Positions 46,885-56,620 of a stretch of 64,000 nucleotides of DNA are shown here, piece after piece; within the stretch, counting starts at the first letter, position 1, and each line of letters begins with the position of its first letter. Position numbers and translations under genes: made by a program. Under the pieces are notes generated by a model. That model was not told the DNA's origin and did no database searches. It was given only the letters and a program-made list of their open reading frames with translations. Origin of the DNA: an uncultured Novosphingobium sp. (lineage in GTDB: Bacteria; Pseudomonadota; Alphaproteobacteria; Sphingomonadales; Sphingomonadaceae); assembly GCA_964468165.1 (NCBI GenBank), contig CAYXUN010000002.1:29446-93445 (forward strand), given 5' to 3'.

Positions 46885-47117
46885 TGGCGATGGCTGCTGC
46901 CGAGATCGAGGCGATGATCCGCGCTGCGCTGCCCGATGCAGACGTGACGATTACCGATCTTGCCGGGGACGGCGATCACTATGCCGCCCATGTCGTTTCG
47001 CCCGCCTTTGCCGGGATGAGCCGCGTGGCCCAGCACAAGGCGGTCTATGCCGCACTCGGTGGCCGCATGGGCGGCGTGCTTCATGCCTTGCAACTGACCA
47101 CCGCCGCCCCCAAGTAA
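46884..47117 (+). CDS. bolA: BolA family protein
   Basis: GDGDHY, F.G.SRV.QH..VY, LHALQL. Confidence 0.92.
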   Translation: MAMAAAEIEAMIRAALPDADVTITDLAGDGDHYAAHVVSPAFAGMSRVAQHKAVYAALGGRMGGVLHALQLTTAAPK

Positions 47118-47142
47118 GGGGCCGAAAGGAATTCATCCCACC

Positions 47143-47466
47143 ATGTCTACCGAGCAGCGCATCGACGAAATCGTCAAGGGCAACGACGTTGTCCTGTTCA
47201 TGAAGGGTACGCCGCTGTTCCCGCAATGCGGCTTTTCCAGCCGCGCGGTGGCGATCCTCGAACACCTCGGCGTGGAATACGCCAGCGTCGATGTCTTGCA
47301 GGACATGGAAATCCGTCAGGGCATCAAGTCCTATTCCGATTGGCCGACGATTCCCCAGCTCTATGTAAAGGGTGAATTCGTTGGCGGTTCGGACATCATG
47401 ATGGAAATGTACGAAGCGGGCGAACTCGCCCAGCTGATGGAAGAGGCCGAAGTAAAGCCGGCCTGA
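47143..47466 (+). CDS. grxD: Monothiol glutaredoxin Grx4
   Basis: FMKG, CGFS, WPTIPQ, GGSD. Confidence 0.96.
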   Translation: MSTEQRIDEIVKGNDVVLFMKGTPLFPQCGFSSRAVAILEHLGVEYASVDVLQDMEIRQGIKSYSDWPTIPQLYVKGEFVGGSDIMMEMYEAGELAQLMEEAEVKPA

Positions 47467-47509
47467 CGGTGCAACCCTCGGCACGCGATTGCCGGGGCGC
47501 AACTTGCGG

Positions 47510-47643
47510 AACAACGCGGTTTCCCGTTCGGGAGGCCGCGTTTTTTCGTTGTATCCTGCGATGTTGGAAACCCCGGGGGAGGCGGAGCCGGGGAGACTTG
47601 GGGTGTCCGGCTCCGCCTCTCGAAGAAAGAAGTCTTCGGGGTA
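47510..47643 (-). ncRNA. Candidate sigma54-dependent small RNA
   Basis: Downstream of -24/-12 motif; perfect 13-bp stem (47579-47591/47607-47619) with C-rich loop ACACCCCAAGUCUCC; 3' end uncertain. Confidence 0.5.
47513..47546 (+). terminator. Intrinsic terminator after grxD
   Basis: AACGCGGTTTCCC..GGGAGGCCGCGTT followed by T-run. Confidence 0.75.
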
Positions 47644-47653
47644 TGCAAAACAA

Positions 47654-47669
47654 AGCACAGACCGTGCCA
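47654..47669 (-). promoter_or_regulatory. Putative sigma54 (-24/-12) promoter
   Basis: TGGCACGGTCTGTGCT vs consensus TGGCACGNNNNTTGCW, exact spacing. Confidence 0.65.
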
Positions 47670-47800
47670 GTTTCCCGAATGGCCGTCTTTCAGGGGGAAG
47701 CCCACACCCTTGGCATGACGCCAAGCCGGCCAATTGTAAAATATGCCGACGGTTCTTGCGGACACTTGGCAAGGCTCGCCAGCAACCGCATGGTGGCGCG

Positions 47801-48622
47801 ATGCCTGATCCACTCCATGCCTCTGAACCGACCGACACTGCCCTGGGAGAGCCAGCGGCAACACTGATCGTGTTTCGCAAGGGCGCGCCAGGCGGTCCGG
47901 CGCAGATCCTGCTGGTCGAGCGGTCGGCACAGTTGCGGTTTGCCGGCGGCGCCACCGTGTTCCCCGGTGGCAAGGTGGATGCGGCCGATCATGCCCTGGT
48001 GGCGCAAAGGCCTGCCTGGGCATCCGGGCTGGAAGCAGATGATGCTGCCGCGCGCGTCGCCGCTGTGCGGGAAACGTTGGAAGAAACCGGTTTGCTCGTC
48101 GGCCTGGCGCCCGCCCGGCCTGACGCTGCCGCACTCGATGCGCCGGCCGCACGGCAGGCCCGGGCGATGTTGGCCCAGACTGAGGCCCTGGCGCCGGTGC
48201 TGGCGCATTTTGGCTGGCAGCCCGATCCTGCCGCCCTGGTGCCATGGGCGCGCTGGTGGCCGCAGGGGAAGCCGGGGCGCGTGTTCGATACGCGGTTCTA
48301 CTTGGCTGACCTTGGCAGCGGCATGGTCGACCTTGCCGTCGATCATACCGAAAACTGCCATCTGTTCTGGGCCAGCGCGGCAGAGGCGCTGGACGCGGCC
48401 GCGCGGGGCGATCTTCGCGTCATCTTTCCCACCCGGCGCAATCTTGAACGCTTGGCCCTGTTCGCCGATTTCGCCACGGCCAGCCAGCATGCCGCAGCCC
48501 ATCCCGTGGTGCCGATCGTGCCGCAAACCATTCTGCGCGAGGGGGAGCCGTGGTTGGCCATTCCCGATGGCCATGGCTATCCCGTGCTGGGAGAACCCTT
48601 GGCCAAGGCGCACCGCGCCTGA
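47801..48622 (+). CDS. NUDIX hydrolase (NUDT19-like)
   Basis: AATLI, VFPGGKVD, AAVRETLEETG, FDTRFY, IFPT. Confidence 0.88.
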   Translation: MPDPLHASEPTDTALGEPAATLIVFRKGAPGGPAQILLVERSAQLRFAGGATVFPGGKVDAADHALVAQRPAWASGLEADDAAARVAAVRETLEETGLLVGLAPARPDAAALDAPAARQARAMLAQTEALAPVLAHFGWQPDPAALVPWARWWPQGKPGRVFDTRFYLADLGSGMVDLAVDHTENCHLFWASAAEALDAAARGDLRVIFPTRRNLERLALFADFATASQHAAAHPVVPIVPQTILREGEPWLAIPDGHGYPVLGEPLAKAHRA

Positions 48623-48785
48623 CCGGCGCCCGGCGCACTTGCATCCACATTCGAGAATATCCGGCGGCACCAAATCGCCAAATCGGATAAGGGTATTTCC
48701 TGAGGGCAATACGTATACCCCCCGATGCTCCGGGGCAGGTGTCAGTAATCTGGCGGGCGTAAAACCCGGGCGGAGGTAATCGCCC

Positions 48786-49049
48786 ATGCCCCTGTTACAG
48801 CCGCGTCACAGCGTCCTGCCCGATCCGCCACCAGCCGATGATGCTCCGGCGCCGCGGCTTGTATCTGGCGAGGAAGATCCTGTTTTTTCACCGGTTCATG
48901 CGTTGCAGCAAGAGCTGCTGCCGTTGGCGCAGGGCAGCGCCCAGACGGTGGAAGCACTCTATCCGCTGTGGCTGCGGGTGGCGATCATTGGCGGCTCTTC
49001 GGCATTCGCCTGGGCAGTGATCATCTGGGGCCTGATGCGCCTCCGCTAG
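48786..49049 (+). CDS. Small hypothetical protein with C-terminal TM helix
   Basis: GGAGGT RBS; C-terminus LWLRVAIIGGSSAFAWAVIIWGLMRLR. Confidence 0.65.
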   Translation: MPLLQPRHSVLPDPPPADDAPAPRLVSGEEDPVFSPVHALQQELLPLAQGSAQTVEALYPLWLRVAIIGGSSAFAWAVIIWGLMRLR

Positions 49050-49151
49050 GTGATTCGCTTTCGCTGCGTCAGCTAACGAACCATCTCGGCTGTATCGCTC
49101 GCTGACGGCATCTGCGGGCTGTTCCTATCATCCCTGCCATGGACGCCGGAC

Positions 49152-49955
49152 ATGCGGCGTCGCCCGGTGTGGGGACCAGCTCAGGTGAATCATCAACACA
49201 ATGTCGCTGCGCGACCCAAGGGTGTCCGCAATTCCGCCGGCACCTGGCATGGGCCGGCGCTTGCTTCCGCCGCCGATTTTTCCGCCGCGCCGCGTGCAGC
49301 GGGGGCGCGCTGGCGCCATCCCGCCGCCGATCCGCGTATTGCGCGGGCGGAAGCGTGGACGCGGGCGATCGACGTGATCATGGCCTTTGGCGCACTGGCC
49401 TTGTTCCTGCCCCTCATGCTGGCCATCGCCGCGCTCGTGCGGTTTTCAGACGGCGGCCCGGTGCTGTTCCGCCACCGCCGGGTGGGGGCAGGGGGGCGCC
49501 ACTTCGCCTGCCTCAAGTTTCGCTCGATGTGCGTGGACGCTGATGCGCGGCTGCGCCATGTCTTGGAAACCGATCCAGTTGCACGGGCAGAATGGGACGC
49601 GACGCACAAACTGCAAAACGATCCCCGGATCACGGCAGTCGGCCGGCTGCTGCGCAAGAGCAGCCTGGACGAGTTGCCCCAGCTGATCAACGTGCTGCGC
49701 GGTGATATGAGCCTGGTGGGGCCGCGCCCGATCGTCGATGCCGAAGTCGTGCGCTATGGGCGCCATTTTGCCGCCTACTGCGCGGTGCGGCCGGGCGTGA
49801 CCGGCCTGTGGCAGGTCGCACGGCGCCACGATACCACCTATCGCCGCCGCGTCGCCTGTGACCGGCTCTATCGCCGGGCCCGGTCGTTGCGGCTCTATTT
49901 CCGCATTCTGATCCTGACCGTTCCCAGCGTAATCCTCGCACGTGGGGCGTATTGA
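49152..49955 (+). CDS. Priming sugar transferase (Bac_transf; ExoY/WbaP C-terminal type)
   Basis: KFRSM, DPRIT..G..LRKSSLDELPQLINVL.GDMSLVGPRP, PGVTGLWQV; start uncertain. Confidence 0.92.
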   Translation: MRRRPVWGPAQVNHQHNVAARPKGVRNSAGTWHGPALASAADFSAAPRAAGARWRHPAADPRIARAEAWTRAIDVIMAFGALALFLPLMLAIAALVRFSDGGPVLFRHRRVGAGGRHFACLKFRSMCVDADARLRHVLETDPVARAEWDATHKLQNDPRITAVGRLLRKSSLDELPQLINVLRGDMSLVGPRPIVDAEVVRYGRHFAAYCAVRPGVTGLWQVARRHDTTYRRRVACDRLYRRARSLRLYFRILILTVPSVILARGAY

Positions 49956-50074
49956 CCGGACTGGGCCAGTGTATCTGTCAGGAAACGCAAACGGGAGAAG
50001 CGCCAGCTGGTGCTTCTCCCGTCACGCGCAAGTCAAAGACAGCGGCCAAGAACGCTCGGCAAATTATGTTATGA

Positions 50075-50221
50075 TCAAAAGATGAGCAGCGCCAGTCCGA
50101 TCCAGAAGACCTGGCTCAACGCCAAGCCGATCAGCAGTCCCTTGGCGGCAGCGGTGCCTTCGCCAACAGGGGCATCATGGAACGAGACGAAACCATCTTC
50201 GCGGAAAGACTGAGTAGACAT
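50075..50221 (-). CDS. 48-aa tail-anchored small membrane protein (absent from ORF track)
   Basis: Manual translation MSTQSFREDGFVSFHDAPVGEGTAAAKGLLIGLALSQVFWIGLALLIF; AAAGGG RBS. Confidence 0.65.
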   Translation of the reverse strand: MSTQSFREDGFVSFHDAPVGEGTAAAKGLLIGLALSQVFWIGLALLIF

Positions 50222-50982
50222 CCTGCAACCCTTTTAACCAGTGTTCTTGGCCTTGGCGGCAGCAACCGCTGTTACCATTTTCAAACGCGTTTCAGGGCCA
50301 GCTTGTTCCCGCTTCGCTCCTGTTGATACGGCCATTGTTATGGGCGTTTTTCCCGTCCCGCCTGACCGTCCTGCATAGGCTTTTCATAGCAGCGATTGGT
50401 TGTAAACCCGTGAATACCACCGTTTTTACACACGATTGCAGCGCAACAGGTTCGCTGTTGCGTCGCACGGCCCCCAGCTATTGGTGATGGGTTTGGTTCT
50501 TGCTGCGCCGCACCCCGTTTGCGCTGCGCTGCAACGTTGATGATGGTTTGACAGCGCAGCCAAGCCGAGTGGCGCGCTGGGATGCCGATGATCCGTCACG
50601 ATTGTCGCTAAATTGAAATAAAAACAGCGGCCTGGCCGGGTGATAGGGTCGCTTTCGAGATTGCCTCGTGTGCGCCGGAGCGAGGCGCAGGTGCGACCGG
50701 CTGCAAAACGTCGCGCCGTAACGCCGATGGTGCCGATTTTGCCGATGCGAAGATGCCGAAATGGCACCATGGCGTGGCAAACCCCTAGCAGACGAACAGC
50801 TGTCCTCTCGCACTGCAAAAATGCAATTTTTTCGATGAATTGCGCTCGCCTGCCGATTTTGCCCCGCTTCCGCCCCACGAACCGCCTGGCTTAGTCTCTC
50901 GGTAACGGAGCCAACGCGCGTGGACCGGCGGTGTCGCCGTCTTACCAATAGGGGAAATCCACCAGGGGGACAGCGCCAGAGC

Positions 50983-51852
50983 ATGCTGCGAATCCATGTT
51001 GCCATCGCCACGGTCGGCCGCGCCAGTCTGGCGCGCCAAACGATCGATCTTCTTGCCGGGCAATCGCGGCAGCCCGATGGCTTGATCGTCGTGGGGGCGG
51101 CAGACGCCGATCTTGCCGGTATCGCGCAAAGCCCGCTCGCGCCCGAACTGGCGCTGGCCGCGCGTGGCCTGTGCCGCCAGCGCAACCGCGCGCTCGATCT
51201 GCTTTCTGGCCGGGCCGACGTGGTGATCTTCTTCGATGATGATTTCGTGCCGGCGCCTGATTACCTGGCGGCGGTAGAGCGCCTGTTTCTCGCCCATCCC
51301 GATGTCGCCGGGATCACGGGCAACCTGGTGGGCGATGGCGTGCGCCACGGCGGCTATGGCATTGCCCAGGCCCAGGCGATGATCGCCGCGCAGACCCTGC
51401 TGCTCGATCCGGCGATCATCCCGCGCGAGGCGCTCTATGGCTGCAACATGGCGCTGCGCATGGCCCATGTCGGCAATCTGCGCTTTGACGAGGCGCTGCC
51501 GCTGTATGGCTGGCAGGAGGACATCGATTTCACCATGCGCCTGTCCCGGCATGGGCGGCTGGTATCCACCGGGTTGGTTTCGGGCGTGCACCTGGGGGTA
51601 AAGGGCGGGCGCACCTCGGGCCGGCGCCTGGGCTATTCGCAGGTGGCCAACATCGTCTACCTGCGCCGCAAGGGCACCATGCCTGGCCCACTCGGGCGCA
51701 AGCTGCTGTGGCAAAACGTTTTGGCCAACCTGCTGCGCGCGCCGTTTCCCGAACCCCATGTCGATCGCTGGGGGCGCCTGCGCGGCAATGCCTTGGCGCT
51801 GGCCGATCTGTGGCGCGGGCGGATCGATCCGCGCAAGATCGAAAGCATGTGA
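50983..51852 (+). CDS. Glycosyltransferase family 2
   Basis: IATVGR, QRN, FFDDD, FDEAL..YGWQED. Confidence 0.9.
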   Translation: MLRIHVAIATVGRASLARQTIDLLAGQSRQPDGLIVVGAADADLAGIAQSPLAPELALAARGLCRQRNRALDLLSGRADVVIFFDDDFVPAPDYLAAVERLFLAHPDVAGITGNLVGDGVRHGGYGIAQAQAMIAAQTLLLDPAIIPREALYGCNMALRMAHVGNLRFDEALPLYGWQEDIDFTMRLSRHGRLVSTGLVSGVHLGVKGGRTSGRRLGYSQVANIVYLRRKGTMPGPLGRKLLWQNVLANLLRAPFPEPHVDRWGRLRGNALALADLWRGRIDPRKIESM

Positions 51853-51856
51853 TCCC

Positions 51857-52960
51857 GTGCGGAGAATCGCATTCAATGGCAAGTTTCGCGCCGGCAAGCA
51901 CAATGGGGTGTGGCGCGTTTCCGATCGCCTGATCCGCGAGGTGGACAGCCTGCTGGCCGCCATGCCCCGTGCTGCCTGTCCCGATGTGCGGCTGATCGTC
52001 CCCGCCGGGTGCCCGGCGGCCGATCCCTATGCCGCCATCCGGGTGGAGGAAGACGTGCATGGCCCCAGCCAAAGCTGGGAGCAGCGCCGCCTGCCGGCGC
52101 TGGCGCGGGGCAGCCTGCTGGTCAACCTCGCCAACCTGGCGCCGGTGCTGCATCGGCCCAAAGTGACCATGCTGCACGATGCGCAGTTCTGCCGGCCAGA
52201 CTGTTCCTATCCCTGGCGCCAGCGCATGGGCTATCGCCTGCTGGCGCCGCTCATGGCCCGGTCCAGCAACCTGGTGCTCACCGTGTCCGACTATTCGCGC
52301 CGCGACCTGGCGGGATACGGCGTGATTGGCGGCGGGCGGGTGGAAATCGTCCACAACGGCGCTGATCATATCCTTGAGGTGGCGCGCGATCCTGCCGCTC
52401 TGCCGCGCCTGGGCCTGGTGCCGGGCGAATACCTGCTGATGTTCGGCAGCGTGAAAGCCTACAAGAACAATGCCGTGGTGTTCGAGGCGCTCGACCTGGC
52501 GCTTGCCGCCCATCGCGCCGGGCAGGGCTGGCCACCGCGCCGGCTGGTCATCGTCGGGCCCGGCCGCGATGCCTTGCTGGCGGCGGGCCTGCGCCCGCCG
52601 GCCGATGCCGTGTTTGCCGGGGGCTGCGACGATGCGGCACTGCGCGCGCTCTATGAAAGCGCCCAGGCGCTGCTTTTCCCGTCGCGGACAGAGGGGTTTG
52701 GCCTGCCGCCGGTGGAGGCCATGCTGTGCCGCTGCCCGGTCATTGCCGCGCCCTGTGGTGCCGTGCCCGAAGTCTGCGGCGCGGCGGCCTTGATGGCCGA
52801 TCCCGATGATCCCACGGCCTGGCTGGATCAGATCGCCGCGCTGGAACAGGCCGATACCCGCGCCACGATGGTGGCGGCGGGGCTGGCCCGCGCCTGCCGC
52901 TACACCTGGGCCGGCGCGGGGCGCACGCTGCTCGATCTGTTGATCGCCTGCGCGGCATGA
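51857..52960 (+). CDS. Glycosyltransferase family 4 (GT-B)
   Basis: LHDA, TVSDYS, YKN, FPSRTEGFGLPPVEAM (EX7E). Confidence 0.92.
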   Translation: MRRIAFNGKFRAGKHNGVWRVSDRLIREVDSLLAAMPRAACPDVRLIVPAGCPAADPYAAIRVEEDVHGPSQSWEQRRLPALARGSLLVNLANLAPVLHRPKVTMLHDAQFCRPDCSYPWRQRMGYRLLAPLMARSSNLVLTVSDYSRRDLAGYGVIGGGRVEIVHNGADHILEVARDPAALPRLGLVPGEYLLMFGSVKAYKNNAVVFEALDLALAAHRAGQGWPPRRLVIVGPGRDALLAAGLRPPADAVFAGGCDDAALRALYESAQALLFPSRTEGFGLPPVEAMLCRCPVIAAPCGAVPEVCGAAALMADPDDPTAWLDQIAALEQADTRATMVAAGLARACRYTWAGAGRTLLDLLIACAA

Positions 52961-54465
52961 GGCCGGCGATGCACGAGGCTTTGCCACCGCCCATCCACCG
53001 CGGCCTGGCCGTGCGGATCGCGGCGTGGTGGCGCGGAGGCAGCTTCACGGCGGTGATCGCCATGGCGGCGCGGGCGAGCAGCCAGTTGGCGCTGCTCGGC
53101 GTAACGCTGGTGGCCACGCGCACTCTGGCACCGGCTGATTTCGGCGTGTTTGCGATTGCCGCCGCGTTCCTGACCCTTTCGCGCACCATGCTCTATACCG
53201 GGCCGTTCGAATACGTGCTCAAGGCGCCCGAGGCAGATAGCGCTACCGTCGCCAGCGCGGGCCTTGCCGCCAACCTTATCGTGGCACTCGTCTGGGTCGT
53301 GCTGCTGTGCGGCTGTGGCCTGGCCGCGCCGTTCGTGTTTCGCGGATCGGGCGTGGCGCTGCTGCTGTTCTGCCTTGCCCCGTCCAACTTGCTGGCGGCA
53401 CTGGCGGGCTGGGAAGAGGCCATGCTGCTGCGCGGTCAGCAGGTGCGCCACTATTACGCGATCACCGTGATCACGGAAATCGCCGCTGGCCTGGGCGCTG
53501 CCGTCTTGTTGCTGATGGGCTGGGGCCTGTGGGCGCTGGTGGCGCAGGTCTATGCCCGCCTGGCGATCTTCATCGTCGCCTATCGTGCCGTGCTGGTGCT
53601 CCCCGGCATGGCCCGGCCTTGTGTGCAGGAAACCCGGCGCGTGCTGGCGTGGTCGTGGAGCCGGTACGGTTCGGTCATGGTCGGCTTCCTGGCCAATTAT
53701 AGCGGAGACCTGCTGCTGGGCGCGGTGTTTTCGCCGGCGGCCTCGGGCCTTTATCGTGCCGGCAATCGCGTGGTTTCCGCGCTCGCCGATATGTTCGTGC
53801 AGCCGGCCGGGCTGCTGGTCACCACCGGCCTCGCGGCAGAGCGGGCGCGGGGCAGGGCAGGCGATGGCGGCTGGTTGCGCCTGTCCGGCCTGTTTGGCGC
53901 GCTATGCTGGCCGGCGCTGGCCGGCCTTGCCGTTGTCGCTGACGAGATTGCCCCGCTCATGCTGGGGCCGGCCTGGCGCGGCGCCGGGCCGGTCATCGCG
54001 GTGTTTTGCGCAGCGCGGATGGCTGCCTTGCCGATTGCAGTGGCCTCGGCCGTGCTGGTGATCGAGGATCGGCAACATCGCGTGCTGTGGGTGCAGTCCG
54101 TGGCCGCGGTTGCCACGGCCGCGCTCACGCTGGCGCTGGCCAGCCATGGTCCGATCGCGGCGGCCCTGGCCACCACGCTGGTCGCGCTGGGCTGGGCGCT
54201 CGCCCTGGGCGTGGCAGCATGGCAGGCGCGTCCCTTGGCCGGCGCGGCGCTGGGCGACCTGGCGCGGCTGGTGCTGTGGCCCACGCTCGCCACGCTCGGC
54301 TTGGCCTGGGGCGCGCGGCTGGCGGCGCTGCACGGGCACTTCAACCCCGGGCAGACGCTGGCCATGGTCATTCCCGTCGGCCTTGCCGGCTGGGCACTCT
54401 CGCTCCATGCAGTGCGGCGGCCCCTGCGCGCAGGCCTCGCCGCGCTGTCTGACCGCCAGGCCTAA
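52957..54465 (+). CDS. Oligosaccharide flippase (Wzx family)
   Basis: About 13 TM, TRTLAPADFGVF, GLWALV, LGAVFS..GLY, LGPAW. Confidence 0.85.
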   Translation: MRPAMHEALPPPIHRGLAVRIAAWWRGGSFTAVIAMAARASSQLALLGVTLVATRTLAPADFGVFAIAAAFLTLSRTMLYTGPFEYVLKAPEADSATVASAGLAANLIVALVWVVLLCGCGLAAPFVFRGSGVALLLFCLAPSNLLAALAGWEEAMLLRGQQVRHYYAITVITEIAAGLGAAVLLLMGWGLWALVAQVYARLAIFIVAYRAVLVLPGMARPCVQETRRVLAWSWSRYGSVMVGFLANYSGDLLLGAVFSPAASGLYRAGNRVVSALADMFVQPAGLLVTTGLAAERARGRAGDGGWLRLSGLFGALCWPALAGLAVVADEIAPLMLGPAWRGAGPVIAVFCAARMAALPIAVASAVLVIEDRQHRVLWVQSVAAVATAALTLALASHGPIAAALATTLVALGWALALGVAAWQARPLAGAALGDLARLVLWPTLATLGLAWGARLAALHGHFNPGQTLAMVIPVGLAGWALSLHAVRRPLRAGLAALSDRQA

Positions 54466-54561
54466 GGCGATGTGGGCCGATGCGAATGCCCGGGATGGCC
54501 CAGTTGCGGACGTTGAGCTAGCTATGATAAATTGTCGCTAGAAACGGCAAACGAGAAATTG

Positions 54562-54834
54562 ATGAATAGAGTCGCAGCGATGGCACGGGTGGCGGCCATG
54601 ATAGTATCTTTCCTCTATATGCTGATGCTCTTACCACATTTTGGCGAAGCCAAGATCGAATCCTTGCGTTCTCCTTGGTTTCTCGGGGCCCTGTTTGTTG
54701 CTCTATCCTGGATGCCGATCTGGGCTTTGCATCAGCGATTGGATCGAGGTGGAAATTTCCCTGTCGTAATGCTGTCGTTTGCGCCCCTTGCCCTCTTTGG
54801 CATCTTCTTTAGCCTGCTCTTCACAAACGCCTGA
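54562..54834 (+). CDS. Small hypothetical 3-TM membrane protein, lower GC
   Basis: Three hydrophobic segments; AT-richer codons than neighbours. Confidence 0.5.
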   Translation: MNRVAAMARVAAMIVSFLYMLMLLPHFGEAKIESLRSPWFLGALFVALSWMPIWALHQRLDRGGNFPVVMLSFAPLALFGIFFSLLFTNA

Positions 54835-54870
54835 CAAACGGCCGGTTCCGACCACCTCCAGCCCATTCGC

Positions 54871-54977
54871 TCGTCATTCCCGCCCAGGCGGGAATCCAGT
54901 TGTGGGGTGGCGGGGAAAACGGCGGCTATGCTTCTAGCGCAGCATTCACAGGATTTCCGCTTGCGCGGCGATGACGA
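54871..54977. repeat. CGTC-type REP doublet (REPIN-like)
   Basis: TCGTCATTCCCGCCCAGGCGGGAATCCAG .. degenerate inverted copy CAGGATTTCCGCTTGCGCGGCGATGACGA. Confidence 0.78.
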
Positions 54978-55053
54978 AGTTGGAGATGGCAAAGGCAGCT
55001 TTCCGCCCGTTACGCTCGGTCCCAAACCGCTTGCTTCGGCCACGCGCCCTTGT

Positions 55054-56508
55054 TCACGCTTTAACGATCCACGCGGCGGCTGCCTGCATCGTGGGGTCAG
55101 TTCCGGCGGCGATGGTGGCGGCGGTTTGCGGGACGAGATGGTCGGGCATGATGCCGGCGTCGGGCTGCGTCGTGGGTGGGAAATAGCCGATCAGCGGCAG
55201 GTCGAACTCGATGCCGCTGCCCGGCAGGCGCGTGAAGAAGAAGCCCCCGCCATTGATGCCACGCCGGTTGCCGCCGGTTGGCTCACCAAACAGGGTGATC
55301 TTGCCGCTGGCGCGCGCCGCGCTGAGAAATCCGAATGTGGCCGAACTGTTGGCCGGGCCGATCAGCGCGGCTACCGGCACAGTCAGCCGCTTGGCATCGG
55401 GGCGCACCGGCTGCGGCGCATGGGTTTGCGGCAGGGCGATCCAGCCCCCGCCCAGGTCGGCGCCGCCTTCGCCAATGTGGCGATAGCTGTCGTCCCACGT
55501 CGAAACATGATCGGCGAGGCTGGCAGGCAGGGTGCGAAATCGCACGCGGCCGCTGAACGGCCAGTTCATGGTGTCGCGATCGACCAGCCGCGCCAGGATC
55601 TGATCGCCGCAATCGTCGCCGCCTTCGTTGCGCCGGATATCGATGATCAGGCCGCGGGCGTGCGCTGCATCGTCAAGCCGGTCTGCCAGCCAGCCGTGCC
55701 AATCCCATTTGCTGTTCCACATGCCCCAATCGGGCATGGTCAGCACGGCAATGCCATCGCTGCGCACCTGATAGGTCCAGCGCGGCGCATCGCTGTTTGC
55801 GGGCAAGCGGATCATGGTGGCGCGCCGCGCGGCAAGGTCGATTGCTGGCACCTCGATCCGGGTGGGGCGCCCATCGGGCAGGATGGCCTCAAGCGCGTGG
55901 CGCCCGGCTGCGGGGGGCAGCAACAGGCCCTGGAACACGTCGAAGGTTTCGATAGCGGCGTCGCCCCGAACACCCAGCAAAGAGCGGCGCTTGGCATCGT
56001 TGTGCCCATCGGCGCGGACATACGGCATCAGCTGGGCCAGGATCTGCCCGCTCGACACCCCGTTCACCGCGGTGATCTGCGTGCCACGCGGCAAAGCCCC
56101 GGTGCCGGTGTGATCGGCGGTGACGACCATGGCCTCTTCGATCCATTCGAAATGGAACGGCAGCCGCGTCGGCCGGTCGAACAGCGCCTTGGCCACGGCA
56201 TCTGATTGATTGAAGAAATTGGCATAGCTGTGCCCGCAGCGCAGCGTCGCCAGCAGTCGTGACAGCGCCAGATAGCAGCGATCGCGGTTGCCGGCGTTTA
56301 ACCCCGCGCCATAATCCTGCGCGAACCGGTCAAGGTTGCGTGCCAGGTCTGCGGGCGAAAGATAGCGGTCGCGGCCCGGATGGATCGCCAATGCCGCACG
56401 CAACACGGCCAGATCGGCCTCCAGCGGGGCCTGCGCCGCGTGGGTCGATGGTGCGGGGCACAGGGGCAGGGCCGCCAAGCCCGCCAGCACGCTGCGGCGC
56501 TCCATCAT
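55054..56508 (-). CDS. S41-family peptidase with putative Tat signal
   Basis: ERRSVL..LAAL signal, CGHS, IDIRRNEGG, NSSAT, GEPTGG, GIMPD. Confidence 0.85.
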   Translation of the reverse strand: MMERRSVLAGLAALPLCPAPSTHAAQAPLEADLAVLRAALAIHPGRDRYLSPADLARNLDRFAQDYGAGLNAGNRDRCYLALSRLLATLRCGHSYANFFNQSDAVAKALFDRPTRLPFHFEWIEEAMVVTADHTGTGALPRGTQITAVNGVSSGQILAQLMPYVRADGHNDAKRRSLLGVRGDAAIETFDVFQGLLLPPAAGRHALEAILPDGRPTRIEVPAIDLAARRATMIRLPANSDAPRWTYQVRSDGIAVLTMPDWGMWNSKWDWHGWLADRLDDAAHARGLIIDIRRNEGGDDCGDQILARLVDRDTMNWPFSGRVRFRTLPASLADHVSTWDDSYRHIGEGGADLGGGWIALPQTHAPQPVRPDAKRLTVPVAALIGPANSSATFGFLSAARASGKITLFGEPTGGNRRGINGGGFFFTRLPGSGIEFDLPLIGYFPPTTQPDAGIMPDHLVPQTAATIAAGTDPTMQAAAAWIVKA

Positions 56509-56620
56509 ATGCTTCCCCCTCAGCCAGCCATCGTCCTGCGTCGGGTGTATCGGATTTTTACGGGGCTGTCTGTGCCGGCGTCTGCCTTGGCATGCGGCAC
56601 GCCCATTTGGGCAGGCGCGA

